NCBI GenBank assembly: GCA_905178155.1
Contig: CAJINV010000002.1
Span: forward strand, 7,923,650-7,987,649
Origin: Amoebophrya sp. A120
Taxonomy: Eukaryota; Protista; Dinoflagellata
DNA length: 64,000 nucleotides
Reading direction: 5' to 3'
A model generated the notes under the pieces. The model did not search any database. It worked only from the letters and a program-made list of their open reading frames with translations, and had not been told where the DNA came from. The stretch's first letter is position 1. Each line of letters opens with the position of its first letter. Position numbers and translations under genes: made by a program. Below are positions 14,001 to 25,124 of this stretch, piece by piece.

Positions 14001-17000
14001 ATGACGAAAATATGGGTAAAACACACGGAAAAAGAAGAAGCTACGATGGTAACAGTAGAGGAATGGAAGGGGAAAGAAGAACACATGGCAACAATTGAAA
14101 CGAGGCAGGACCACCTAAAGACAGAAGTTAGGACAGAAGAGCGAAAATTCGTAGCGTATTGCAATAACGCTATAAGAGCAATAGAGATGGTGAAGAAACA
14201 GCAACACGAAGGGAGTGGAGGAGTGTGCGTGTGCTTGCTGGATTACGACGAGATGAAAGAGAAAACGCGGGGGCTTCTGCGGAAAGAGCAAGGGATAGCG
14301 TTAGAGCTGCAGGAGGAAATAGAAAAAGCAGAGGAACAGATTCCGGGCTTATCAATAGTCAGGCGCTGGGGGAAGCAGAACGCGCCAAAAACCCTCGCAA
14401 AAAGAGAAGCACAAAGGGGTTATACAGAAGTGATACCCTTAAAGGTGGCAAACGTGTCGAAGCATGATGATGAATATACTGAATGGGTTCAGTACGATTT
14501 CGGCGAAAAAAATGTACCGACAAAACCGATCTGGGAATGGCCGGAAATGTCAAAAATAGAAAGACAAGTGTACATATACCGGAAGATTATAGGAGACGAA
14601 AAGAAAGACGGGCAGAAAGCGGAGGAGGGAGGTGGTGACGGCGAGGACGACAGAAGGAAAGGCAGCACAGGAGAGAGGAAGGGGAAGGGGGAAAGTAGCA
14701 GGGCGAAGGGGAAAGCTCGCTGCGGAAAAGGCCCCAAAGAGAACACTGCGACGACAGACACGAGCAGGGAGATAGTCAGCGGGTCACTAGCAGAAACAAT
14801 CAGAAAAATGGTAGAAGGGGAAAAGATAAGAGCACAGAAAGAAGGAAACGAAATGTTGCAGAGGGCGCTGGACATAATAGGAAGAGCCACGGACCTACTA
14901 GAAACAGCCGAAGACGTTCCATTAGAATCGCGCGCGACGTCGAGCAGCAGCAACAGGAGGGACGTGCCGGAAATAACAGAAGAGCGAAAGGAATCAAAAG
15001 AAGAAGAAGAGAACGAAATAGAAGAAGATGTGTACTTCTCCCCGGCGCAGGAGTACCAGGGAAGCCGCTCAGGATACGTGTACAAACTCGGGCGCTTTGG
15101 CCTGGGGTATTATAAGGATCAAGGACCGGAGGAGGCAACGCGGGAGATGTTCCAAAAAATTACGATAGGGGGGCCAGGAGGAAAACTGCCTAAGAGGGAA
15201 ATCCCGAAAGAACAGAAAACAGCGAAAAAAGAAGTCACTGAAGACGCGACGCGACAAGAGAAGAACACGCAGCAAGTGCGCCAAGTGGCAGAGGAGGAGG
15301 AGGAGCTAGAAATGACATCACGAGAAGCAGAAGAACCAGGCGGAGAGGGGAGATCAGGAAGTCTGAGAAAGAAAATCGTCAAAGACATAAGCGAAACAGT
15401 GAGGGACAAAGAAGATAAAAAGGAAGAGGAAAGATTTCCAACACTGGAGGAGCTGAACGAGAGGGACCGGAAGCGGGACCGCGAAGAGGCAGCAGAACGG
15501 GAGGAGGAGCGCAAACGGCAGGAAGAAAGGAGATCTATGAAAAGACTGAAGTATGATAATTCATTACAGGAAGAGTTAGCCCAGATGTTTAGGAACAAGC
15601 ACTGAGAAACGATGATGAAAGAGATGTTGAAAATAATGAAAAGAAAGAAAGAGAACGAAACAGAAGGGCGAAAAATGGGGGAGCAGTGTTCTGGGTGTTG
15701 GCGGAGGGAAGAGGAAGCAGAGGAAAGAAAAAGAAAGAAAAAGTGGCTCCCTTGGTCGTCTCAGCTAGCCTGCAAGGGCTCCGCTTCCGCCAGCTGAAAG
15801 GCACGGCGCTGCTAATCATCTCGTCCTCGCCAGCCAATAGGCACGGCGCTGCTATCCCGTCGTCGTCAACGCGTCCCTTTTACTAGTAGGTGGGAACAGG
15901 GTTGCCAATTTAAAGACTGCGCTAAGGCAGCACCCCCCTTCCCCAAGGGGTCCCCCCGGGGCGGGCGCGGTGGCGGCTCTGCTAGCGCGGAGCTTCAATG
16001 TCCGATTCTACCTATGCGCATAAAAAGGGTGCGCGGATGCAGGTCGGTAAAGTGCTTGAAAGGGGCATGCTTTGGGGTTGCCCGTCATCGTGATAGGGTC
16101 AACGTGTGTGACCAATAGACCCCCTGTATATCTAGCGCGCAACCGACCACAGAAGCTGTAGTGCTCAATGTTTGTAAGAATAACCCAACAAGGCAACACT
16201 GGAGCTCCACCTTGCTCGAGGGCTTGGATGGTAAATCAGGTCAGCCACATCTAGCGCCCACTGGCCGTACTCATGCGTAAGCAATCGCAAGCGGTTCGGC
16301 GGATGCGGTCGGGTGGTACCTGTAGGACGTGGAACGGGTGTCCACCTAGGGGTATTGGCAGAGGCTAAATCTGTTCTAACGCCACGGTATTGGCAGAGGC
16401 TAAATCTGTTCTAACGCCACGGCATTGGCAGCGGCTAAATCTGTTCTAACGCCACCCTGACAGGAGTCAAATGTCAAAACGATACGATACGATACATGAC
16501 AGCAAAATGGGGCTCTTGGGTAACGTGCGTGACAGATTTAAGAGTCATGCCAGACTAGCATGTCAGATGTCGCATTCTTCCAGACCCAGACATATTTGCA
16601 TTTGATAGCAATGACGCGGTCGCGCCGCGATTTCGACGTCTGATGCCGACCCCGGTCTACTCTGGTGTTGTCTCGTTCCCCACCAGCGGCCCGTCGGGGG
16701 CTCCGAGACTTCTTCTTTCGCTCGTCTTTATCCCGGTCCCCGGCGCGCCGTGGCGTGGGCAGGCTATCAAAAGGAGAAATCCCCCCTCCCCATATCGAAA
16801 TGGAAATCCGTGATGCAGGATTTGGGTACACAAATCGGATTTGTCTTGCAGTAAGGCATCGCAGCCAGATCCTTGGCCTAGGTAGGGGCGTATAGGTCTA
16901 GTTGCTTAGCATTGCAAACGGGTGCCCCCTAGCCGCAACAGCATGCCAAATCGCGTCCATAATGGTGCGGAAGCCTCTGCGCCTGTCTTCTTGCAAGACA

Positions 17001-19997
17001 GACGTGATTTGTGGCCTCAAATCAGCAACACAAATTTTCAGAAACATACCTTTTCGATGCGGGGAGGGGGGATTTTTCACTTTGATACAGGCTGTGACTT
17101 CTTCTCCTCTCGCGACCCACAATCGCTCTACCTGGGGTCCCCCGACTGCTCACGTGGTCGTGCTTTCGCCTCTTCTTCTCCTGTTCGCGCGTCGGACCCC
17201 CAGCCCGCGGCGTCGCGTTCTTGCCGCGGTCGGACCGGAAGTCCCTGTCCTTGTTTTCCACGACGGCACTCTCGTCCGCCACACTACTTGAAGTAGATTT
17301 GGACACTATCTTTTCCAAAAGGCCGACGACACTGCCACTATTCGTAGTTTTATTCACATTGCTTGTTGTTCCACCAGCCGCAGCTTTTTCTTGCGCGGCC
17401 GCCGCGGCGGCTCCCGAAGACACGAGGTGCGGGTACGGAAACAAGGGCTTCAGAGAAGAGGCGGGCTTCTTGTTGTTCCCGTCCATTTTGTTGACAACTC
17501 CTTCCGGTCGCAGTACCGCTGCCGAAGTAGTAGCCGACGTAGCGCCAGCAGGCGGTGGTCGGGCGGAAGTGGAAACGTCACTTGTCGCAAGTGCGGGGGC
17601 CTCTGCTCCTCTGTGCGTCGTGCTTGCCGTCCCGCGTGCAGCTGCCGCTGCGCCACTGCCTGTAGCCAGATCTGGCGTCACAGTGTTGGTCGTTGTCGTG
17701 GACTTGTTGCCGTCAAAAAACGCCGCGCTGCGCAGCTGCCCGGTTGGCTCGGGCCTCTGTTCTGTCACTCGACCCGAAGAGGTCCTCCTCGCAGGCCTCT
17801 TCTGGTCGCCAACACGATCTTCATCCCCCTGACCTCGTCGCCCTGGTGCATAATTGTCACTTTTATTCTCCGACTTTCTCAGCGTTTCCAACTGCGTTGT
17901 TGAGAACGTGGCCCTGCCATCGGTCGCAGCAGCAGAGGGGGGCACTTGTGGACAGATCAGCGCATTCACTGGATGCGACGTCGCTTTATTGTTTCCCTGC
18001 GGAACTGGCTTGATGGGCTGATGTTTTTGTTCAGTTTTTCAAGATACAACTCTAGCTATTCTTAAGCAAGAGCTATGTGTCCAAACCAGCTGAGCTATGT
18101 GTCCACTGCAAGAGCTCCTGCACAGAACATACCGAGACCACTATCAACGCGGCGAAATAACGAAAACGATCGGCATTCCATTAGGCTGCGCGAGGTAAGC
18201 AACATGTTGGCAAGTACGCTTCTAGTTCCGGTTCCCGCGCCCGAGACTCCCGATGCTGTGGCGTCTCCCTTTCGGTCGGACGTTTTCCGGGATGGCGGGC
18301 GATGTGGAATGTAACTGAGGCTGCTCTTGCAACATAGCGAATTTTGCTGCAACAAATGAATCCACAGGCCCCGTGTGCTAGATGCCAACTGAAACGTGGG
18401 GACGCAAGTACGCCTCCAGAGCACACGAATACATAACACACTCACAACACATCGAAAGCAGTTTATTATAACGCATAAGTAAAAAACGGTTTAACTGCAC
18501 ATCAAATAGTCGTCTGACCGAGGATTCTTTTCACTGATAAAAGGACAACCCTCGCATTCATCCATACACCCGACTTGTTACCCTCGCCGGGCCGGCTGTC
18601 AACTTTCCTCTCGAACCTCTGGTAGCGGTACCGATCGCCGGCATTGTTTGCGACATGGTTGCTGCTGCTCCCCGCGCTTGTCTGCGCGCCGACGACCACC
18701 CCCTTGCTGACGCGCTCCATGCTGCTAGCCGGCGGCTTCCCGTCGCGGCCGTACTTCCGAAACCATTCCTCGGTCTTGCGGTCGAGGAACGCCTGCACGC
18801 GGTTGGCTTCCTCCTCGTCCAGGGGCTCCCAGCGCTCGCAGACGCGCTCGTGCACGGCGACGTACATCTCCAGTTCCGGTTCCACGTGGCAAAACGTGCA
18901 CTTGTCCCCATTGGGACAGTTCGGAAGGTACTTGCAAACATCGAGCTTGTACAAGTTGTTCGTCGCAGCCAGGTATGCAGGGCAAATATGTCGTGTAGGT
19001 CGGGCAGGAATTTCCCGACGCCAATTTGTCCAAAATAAATCTGAGCGGGGGCATAAGCAACAACTCCAGCTCTTGCCAACTTTTTGCTATGAGGTTTTCG
19101 TGCAGGAGGCGGTCTTCAGCTTCAGGCATGGAGATGATAGTCTTTGCAAAACCTGCAAAAATTATTCAAATTCATAAGTAATCATATGCAGACGTTTCAT
19201 CCAAAAAATGCATGACAAACGAGAGTATACATCTTCCAGTCAGACCCGGACATATTTGTATTTCATATCAGCTCGTACTCCGAATGCGCGTCGAAACAAC
19301 CAACCTGCAGGTTTTTTCCAGGAAATGACGTTTCAGCTAAACAACCTGCCTTCACAGCAACTATGCAAAAAAATGAAATTGCAAATGTAAAAACACAAAC
19401 ATTGAAAGCTGCCTACCACATCGCAGTCCCGGTACATGCAGCGCCTCCGCTTGTACTTCTTGTCCCGTAGCTCCGGGCGGATTATCTCGCGCTCACTGTG
19501 GGCGTAGGGGCACTTGTCACCGAGGGTGCAGACGAACAACCGCGGACAGATTTCCTCCTTCGTCATCTTGAATTGATGTTATGTAAATATTCTGTTTCGG
19601 TTTCCGCACGAATGGTTGTATCTCGTTTCTTGCTTACTTTCTTCAATGCTAGTGTGCCATTTTTCCAGGCATCAGTCTACCTGCTGCATCTATACCGCAC
19701 CACCCGGAAATGTATGTTGACATCACATGTTGCTACTTCTTTGTGGATCGTGATGTGCTCGCGTTCACTGCAGCGGAAAAATATGATGTAGCTCTACTGC
19801 TTTTCCTATTGAAGAATAGAAGCTCCCCGCCAGAAGAAAAAACTCTTTCGAGAGTGGGGAGGATAGGGATCGGGATGCGGCCAGGTTGTACTAGACCAGG
19901 TGAGTACTAGAAGTGGCAACCGTACATGAGATAGAGTAGTACATGGCAAAAAATATTTGGTCTTCATCGTCTTCACACTTCTTTGAAGCTTCTCCAT
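8016..19997 (-). CDS. Multi-CCCH zinc-finger protein with long Arg/Ser/Lys-rich low-complexity region (probable RNA-binding protein); exon model approximate
   Basis: CPRLFVCTLGDKCPYAH, CMYRDCDV|VGCFDAH, CKYLPNCPNGDKCTFCH. ORFs 17022-17969, 16538-16831 and 8441-9169 join in frame across two introners (SHSL|PTP, RVIA|ARK). The link between the ZnF exons and the RS-rich exons, and the 3' end, are inferred. Confidence 0.6.
12958..13078. repeat. Degenerate 12-bp tandem repeat (TTGCTAATTnnn), about 10 copies
   Basis: Recurrent TGCTAATT core at 12-bp period, next to the N gap. Confidence 0.9.
13122..13455. other. Assembly gap (N run)
   Basis: Run of n characters. Confidence 1.
16351..16455 (+). 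repeat. 3 x 35-bp tandem repeat in retroelement 3' UTR
   Basis: GGTATTGGCAGAGGCTAAATCTGTTCTAACGCCAC at 16351, 16386 and 16421 (third copy has 2 changes). Confidence 0.95.
16765..17087. mobile_element. Introner family A (323 bp), TSD CAGGC
   Basis: Family A TIRs. CAGGC at 16760-16764 and 17088-17092. Removal gives SHSL|PTP. Confidence 0.95.
19210..19267. mobile_element. Decayed family B introner end
   Basis: GCATGACAAA..TTCCAGTCAGACCCGGACATATTTGTATTTCATA resembles the B TIR and abuts exon VGCFDAHSEYEL. No clean partner TIR. Confidence 0.65.
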
Positions 19998-20593
19998 TTC
20001 AGAAAATGTTTATCTATCCGCCACTTTTTCTCGGTACTTCTGCTTGAAACTACTTGCACTTACCCAACAGTTCATACGGTTTACGGATACGCACGCTTTT
20101 CTGAAGACGTCCCCAAATTTTCCACTTTTTTCAAGAACAGTTCTGAGCCTTTCTGAACTCACGGCCGAGCACCGAACACGCGCGCGCTGCTAATGAAATC
20201 CCAAGACTTGCAGATCGACGTACGTCATAACACAACCGATCCATTTCATTAATTTCCTACATCTTCACGAATTGTCCATAAGCAAAAATGAAACATGAAA
20301 CGCAAGAACTCCGTCAGTACCAAAATCTACTCAAAAGCAAAAGCTACAATCAGGCAAAGCTAAAAAGAAGGCTTGCATGATCCTCACAGATTCTACAAGA
20401 AACTGAATATTGCCTCTTGTTTCTTGTAGTTTGTACTCGCAGCCGCAGCAGTTGTAGCTCGGTGCGAAATAAATGATCTGTCAGTATTATCAGAAGAAGA
20501 GTTTGTCAACTATCAGCAGTAGAATGATGATGTACCCAACTGTGGGGTCTAAGTAAGTACTTACTTTACTGACCCTTGCTTTGCGCCTTCTTC

Positions 20594-23500
20594 TTAACTT
20601 ATTGCCTTCGTTACTATTGGCTCGGTGTTTTCCATTTGCAAAACGATCTTTTTTCTCAAATAATCCTCGTATTTTTTCAATTTCGCGATCTCCGCCACCT
20701 CGCTTGCTTCGTAACTCTTTTTGTCCTCCTGCATCTTCTTGTTGAACACCTGTCCGTGTTCGTCCATCGGCCCGCCCCGCTTCTCTTGGTCCGCGAAGTA
20801 CTGTGCCGGCTTGTTGTTCATTTTGTCGAGACCGTTGATCTGCCCCACAACCACCGGCTCGATCCGCACCTGCGTTGCCTCCCGAATCACCGCCTTTTCG
20901 TCCAGCGGCCCCTCGGCACCCACGCGGACGAATTTCTCGTGTGGCTCCCCGGGGCCGTCGAGCGACGGTGGGTAATCTGGCGCGTTCTGCTCCACCATGT
21001 GCTCTGCGAAGGAGGATGAAACAGCGAGTCCTTGCATTGTTCTACCGTTTCGTTTATTCAACCGAGCTGCTTTCATGATCACAACGCCACGCGATCTTCT
21101 CGGAAGTTGCATGTCCGCGTCGCAGCCTGGCTGTTTCGCCTTTTGCACGAGCCTGATCTTCAGAGGCTCACCTTCGAGATGTTGAAAGCTCGTCGCAGAA
21201 GATTTATTTGCAGATAAAACCATTGGAAAGCCAGCGCGCATTCCCAGCAGCCCTGGCTTCGTCCTTCTGCTTCTGGTTATTTCAATATTTCCTCTGGAAA
21301 GAAAATTTGCAACACCTGCTCCAGGCCCCGCTCTCCGGACGGCAGTGGTTGCAGAAACATCACGCTGATACAACCTGGCGTTGTCTTCCCCCGCCTCGCT
21401 TACCGGCGTCGCGCGGGTATCTAAAAAGCTGCTTAGTTTGACGTTCATCATGCTGCTCGGAATTTTGTATCCTGAGCAAAAACGTCCCCACACCATAGTC
21501 AAGATGGGGAATCGGCTAGACAAATCCACAAGTTTTGGCTGTTTTGCATGACAAATTTGGATTCGTAGTGTAGTGCTGTTTGAGCTAGCTCAGCAGCATC
21601 ACAGATCTAGCCTACCATGCTGATTGGAGCATGACAAATTGCAAAACACGGCTGGAACTGCTTCTCATGGGGCTCCGCATGAGAAACATGATCAGCATGC
21701 AGATTTGCATTACAGCTATGGGGTGGGGACGTTTTTAAATAGGATATTTTGTTGTCGATCTTCAGCAGAGTGTCCTTCTCCATCCCGGACGCGATATGAA
21801 AGAAAAAAACTGTGTAAGTGTAAATCTGTGATGCAGAAAATGCAAAACAGTTACACTTGTCATGCTCGATATGCATGATCGGCTCGCTTCCTATGTGTCT
21901 TCCCTTCCTATCTGCGCATAACAAGTTTTTCCTGTCATGGCAGACAAACTTGTGATGCTGTTTTCCCAAAAGACTTACACTAACACAGTTTTTTTCTCGC
22001 GATACGCGACCTCCTCCAGGTAGTATGGCTGCTCCAGCGGTCGCCACCCCGGGGCACTGCAGCCCTTGTGCAGGCCGTTGCACAGGCAGAGCGCCGTGTT
22101 CTCGGTGTTGCGGACCACCATCATCACGGACTGGTGGATCCGCCCGCTGCTGTTGCCGGAGAGCATCAGATTTTTGTCGTCCTCCGAGTCGACGCGCAGT
22201 TCCATCACCCGGGACTTGTCCTTCCCCGTGTTCCCGCAGATCGGGGAGAAAAAGTCCGACTGGTTCCGCATCAGGGGCTTCGCGTCGGTGGGAAGCTTGT
22301 CGGTCGGGGAGAAATACAGCGTCGCCGTGCGGGTCGTGGCCTGTGCGGAATCTGGTGCCTCCGAAACTGCTGTGGCACTTGTTCCGTTCGTCTGCTCTTC
22401 CTCTGCTTTCGCCAGCTCCTCGGCTTCCGCGCCTGACTTTTCCGCCGGCACTTTTGGCACCCGTACTTCGGTAATGGACGAAGGGTCGCCGTCCACATTT
22501 CCCGCGTTTTCCGGGAGGTACTTCTTGACCAAACTTGCCATCAGTTGCGACGCCTTAGGACCACTACTGCCACCTGTCCCGAGCCCCGGGATGCGCGACG
22601 CGAGCGAACTGAGCGAATTTGTCACATCGGACACGGAGGGAAGCTGTTGTACTATTCCGAACCCCCCGGAGCCCGCCTTTGCCAGCGCGTCCGCCGCGGC
22701 TATTTCCTCGGCGGACACGTTCTCGTCGACGGGTTTCGCGGTGTGCAGATTGTACAACACGCTGCGCAGCGGGAAGTGCTGCGAGGGCTGCAGAAACGCG
22801 GTCTGCGCCTGGCCGTAGTCCTCCACGATCGCATTCAGCACGTCCAAATCGTCGTCCGTCAGCTGGTCGCTTTCCCGCGGGTTTTCCAATTTTCGCCGCA
22901 TCGCCATCTCGTCTTTTTGCAAAAACAGCTGGAAGTGGCGGTTGGTGCCGATACTGGCACTGGTGCTGCCGCTCGTTTGATGCCCTTGTGGCACCCCCAC
23001 TCCTGCCACACCCGCTTCCCCCGCCTTCGCGGAGAATCCCGCGTTCGAGAACCCCACACTGGAGCTCTCCAGCGCCTTGTCCCCGTTCTCCGCCAAGTGC
23101 TGCGCGCTCAGGCCCATCTTTTCGTTGCGAAACGGAAGGATTTCTCGCAGGTAGATCGCCTTCTCGAACTGCAGCCGATCCAGGCGCCCCACGAAAAACC
23201 GCTGGTCGAAGTGCACCACCGGCGCCAGGCCCTTCGCGTCCGTCGAATTTGCGTGCTCGGACCCGGTTTTCACGTACTTCACAAACTTGCCGCTTTTCAC
23301 CTTGTCCTGCACCTCCTTCACCGTCGCGCCCGTCGGACTGTCGTCGATCGCGCTCGACGGGTCCTGCGTGTTGTCCTCCGAGGCGTCGGCGTTCTTCAGG
23401 TACCCGATTTCGCGGAGCTGCACCCGCACGGGGCCGAACAGCGGGTAGCGAAACGTGAACTTCGGGTGGAACTTGACCGCGGTCTGCTGGTACTCCGGGT

Positions 23501-24345
23501 CGGTGTGCTGCAGATCCGAATCGTCGAAAAAGGGGTGGTTGCGGACTTTCGCGACCACGTCCTGTTTCGCCGGGTCGGAAAGGACCGCCTCCTCCCCGCC
23601 GAGCAGCTTCCGCACCGCGTCCTGGGCGGCGGCGGGACACCGCCTGCTGCCGACGAAGCAGGTGTTGTCCAGATTGAACATGTCCGTGGTGGCGATGTAG
23701 TTCGGCGCGTTGTTCAACGAGCTGTGGCATCAAATGCAAAAATGTATGTGTCTGGAAGGATGCGAACTTGTGATGCGTACTTGGATCACACAAAGATCTG
23801 TCATGCTTAGACAGCAAAGGGAGCACTCCATTTCCTGTCGCCGAAAGAAGGCGTTTGTCATGCGGATTAAGCATTGGGAAACCGTCTCCAAACCTGTGAT
23901 GCTAGGCCTTGCATGGCACACCTTTCGTGTCAAGCAGACACAGCATCACAAACCTCACCAATCTTCCAGACCCAGACATTTTTGCAATGCATACATGGCC
24001 GAACAGGATCGGGCTGGCGGGGCTGTCGAACCCCAGGTCGGAGATCAGATCGCCGACCTTGTCCGGGTGGTTCGGGTCCGGCGGGTGGAGCACATTGATG
24101 GAGTGAAACACTGGCGGCGTCGAAGCTCCCGTCAGGCTGCTGAGGAAAGAAGTTCTAGTACAAGAACGTGGAGGCCGCGGGGGTGATGAAAATGAGGGAA
24201 AAACAAATTCGGGAGAAGACGGCGATTTGGCCGGGTGAGCAGGTGGTCGACGCCCAATGTGCGGTTGGTGGAAGTGATCCTGCAAGAAACTGGTGAACAC
24301 CTGCGAGGACAAGGACATCATGTTTGTTGGTGCTTGCCAAATCAT
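20594..24345 (-). CDS. Hypothetical protein, multi-exon (possibly the 3' half of the EF-hand gene)
   Basis: ORFs 23902-24345, 21975-23717, 21607-22083 and 20594-21529 join in frame across three introners (LFGH|SSLNN, EEVA|SGMEK, IDNK|IPSS). No recognised domain. Confidence 0.7.
21468..21746. mobile_element. Introner family C (279 bp), TSD TTTTG
   Basis: TIR TATCCTGAGCAAAAACGTCCCCAC / GTGGGGACGTTTTTAAATAGGATA. In-frame join. Confidence 0.95.
21795..22004. mobile_element. Introner family D (210 bp), TSD CGCGA
   Basis: TIR TAT..AGAAAAAAACTGTGT / ACACAGTTTTTTTCT..ATA. In-frame join. Confidence 0.95.
23728..23993. mobile_element. Introner family B (266 bp), diverged TSD TGTGG/CATGG
   Basis: B TIRs (left end starts CAT). 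Removal of 271 bp restores the frame. Confidence 0.88.
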
Positions 24346-25124
24346 AGATCAAAATCAATTATGTTCTAGGAACAGAAGATGTGCTCGATCACAGCGTCGG
24401 GCTGTTGTTAGGCACGAAAAATAAGCGACGCGCAACAAAAATTTTCACACAAAACTTGCCTCGCCAGGACCACAGATGATCGGATTCACTTGATAGACCG
24501 TTCGACACAATAGCACTGCAATCAGACACAGCATAGGCATACTCGGTAGTTGCAGAAGACAATGGCCCGACCTGAATACGATTTCCAGGCATCGCTCAAA
24601 CGACAAATCCGCTCTACATTCGTCCGTCCAGTCGCAGTTCGTAGTGGACTGCTAAGCAAATAGACGATGAAAACCTGACACTCTCTACTGATCGCTCGCC
24701 AGCTGTCTCGAACAACCTAATGCATCTTCATTTTCTCAAGGCACAATAACAGTGCTTCTTTTTCCAATGTCCGATTAAAAGACAGTGCTATGGTAGACAA
24801 CGACAGCCGTCACGTGTTACGGGATTGATTCTTGGAATGAGCAGAAAAGTTCTGCAGCAGTAAAGAGAGGGGTGCTCGATCTCTCAACATGATCCATAGG
24901 AGCTTTTACTAGATGAGGGTACTTAATGTAAACAATGTAAGGAAGAAAAAAAACTAAAATGCAAGCAGGCTTTCCCTGCTTTACTTTCGTTAGGTGTAGT
25001 AACTTTCTAAAGCTACAAAATGCCTCATGTCTGATTTCACGCCTGCTGGATGATGTTGCACGACCGAACCGGCGAGTCAGTAGACAGAGGCATTGCGGTG
25101 CAGCTTCTTTTCCAGTCCACCGGC

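Larger units (their letters stand above)
9266..15605 (+). pseudogene. APE endonuclease-reverse transcriptase polyprotein (about 1898 aa reconstructed), interrupted at 12820-13455
   Basis: EEP motifs FWNING, TGDLN, TAIDFM, SDHVAL. RT motifs AAGMDG, LDASNYFNNI, IQG, QYVDD (12368-12379), KILGI. Frame restored by joining 12819 to 13463 (QLYF|DMQDW). Confidence 0.85.
9174..16494 (+). mobile_element. Non-LTR retrotransposon 1 (single APE+RT ORF, 3' tandem-repeat tail)
   Basis: ORF from 9266. 3' end has 3x35-bp repeat then (CGATA)3 abutting CATGACA. 5' boundary is 9174 (if CATGACA is a 7-bp TSD) or 9187 (if no TSD). Confidence 0.88.
9047..16607. mobile_element. Introner family B expanded to 7.56 kb by a retrotransposon insertion, TSD GCAAT
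   Basis: Left TIR TATGGATTGTAAAAATGTCTGGGTCTGGAA at 9047; right TIR ..CAGACATATTTGCATTTGATA ends at 16607. GCAAT at 9042-9046 and 16608-16612. The halves align with the intact 3482-3733 copy. Confidence 0.93.

Noticed and set aside
16351-16455. 35-bp repeats as a CRISPR array
   Set aside because: Head-to-tail with no spacers, eukaryotic context, no cas genes.
22545-23874. Long overlapping ORFs (22545-23810 +, 22564-23874 -; also 26146-27039, 27584-28567, 51095-52513)
   Set aside because: Shadow frames of GC-rich coding exons. The real frame is fixed by in-frame joins across introners or by RT motifs.
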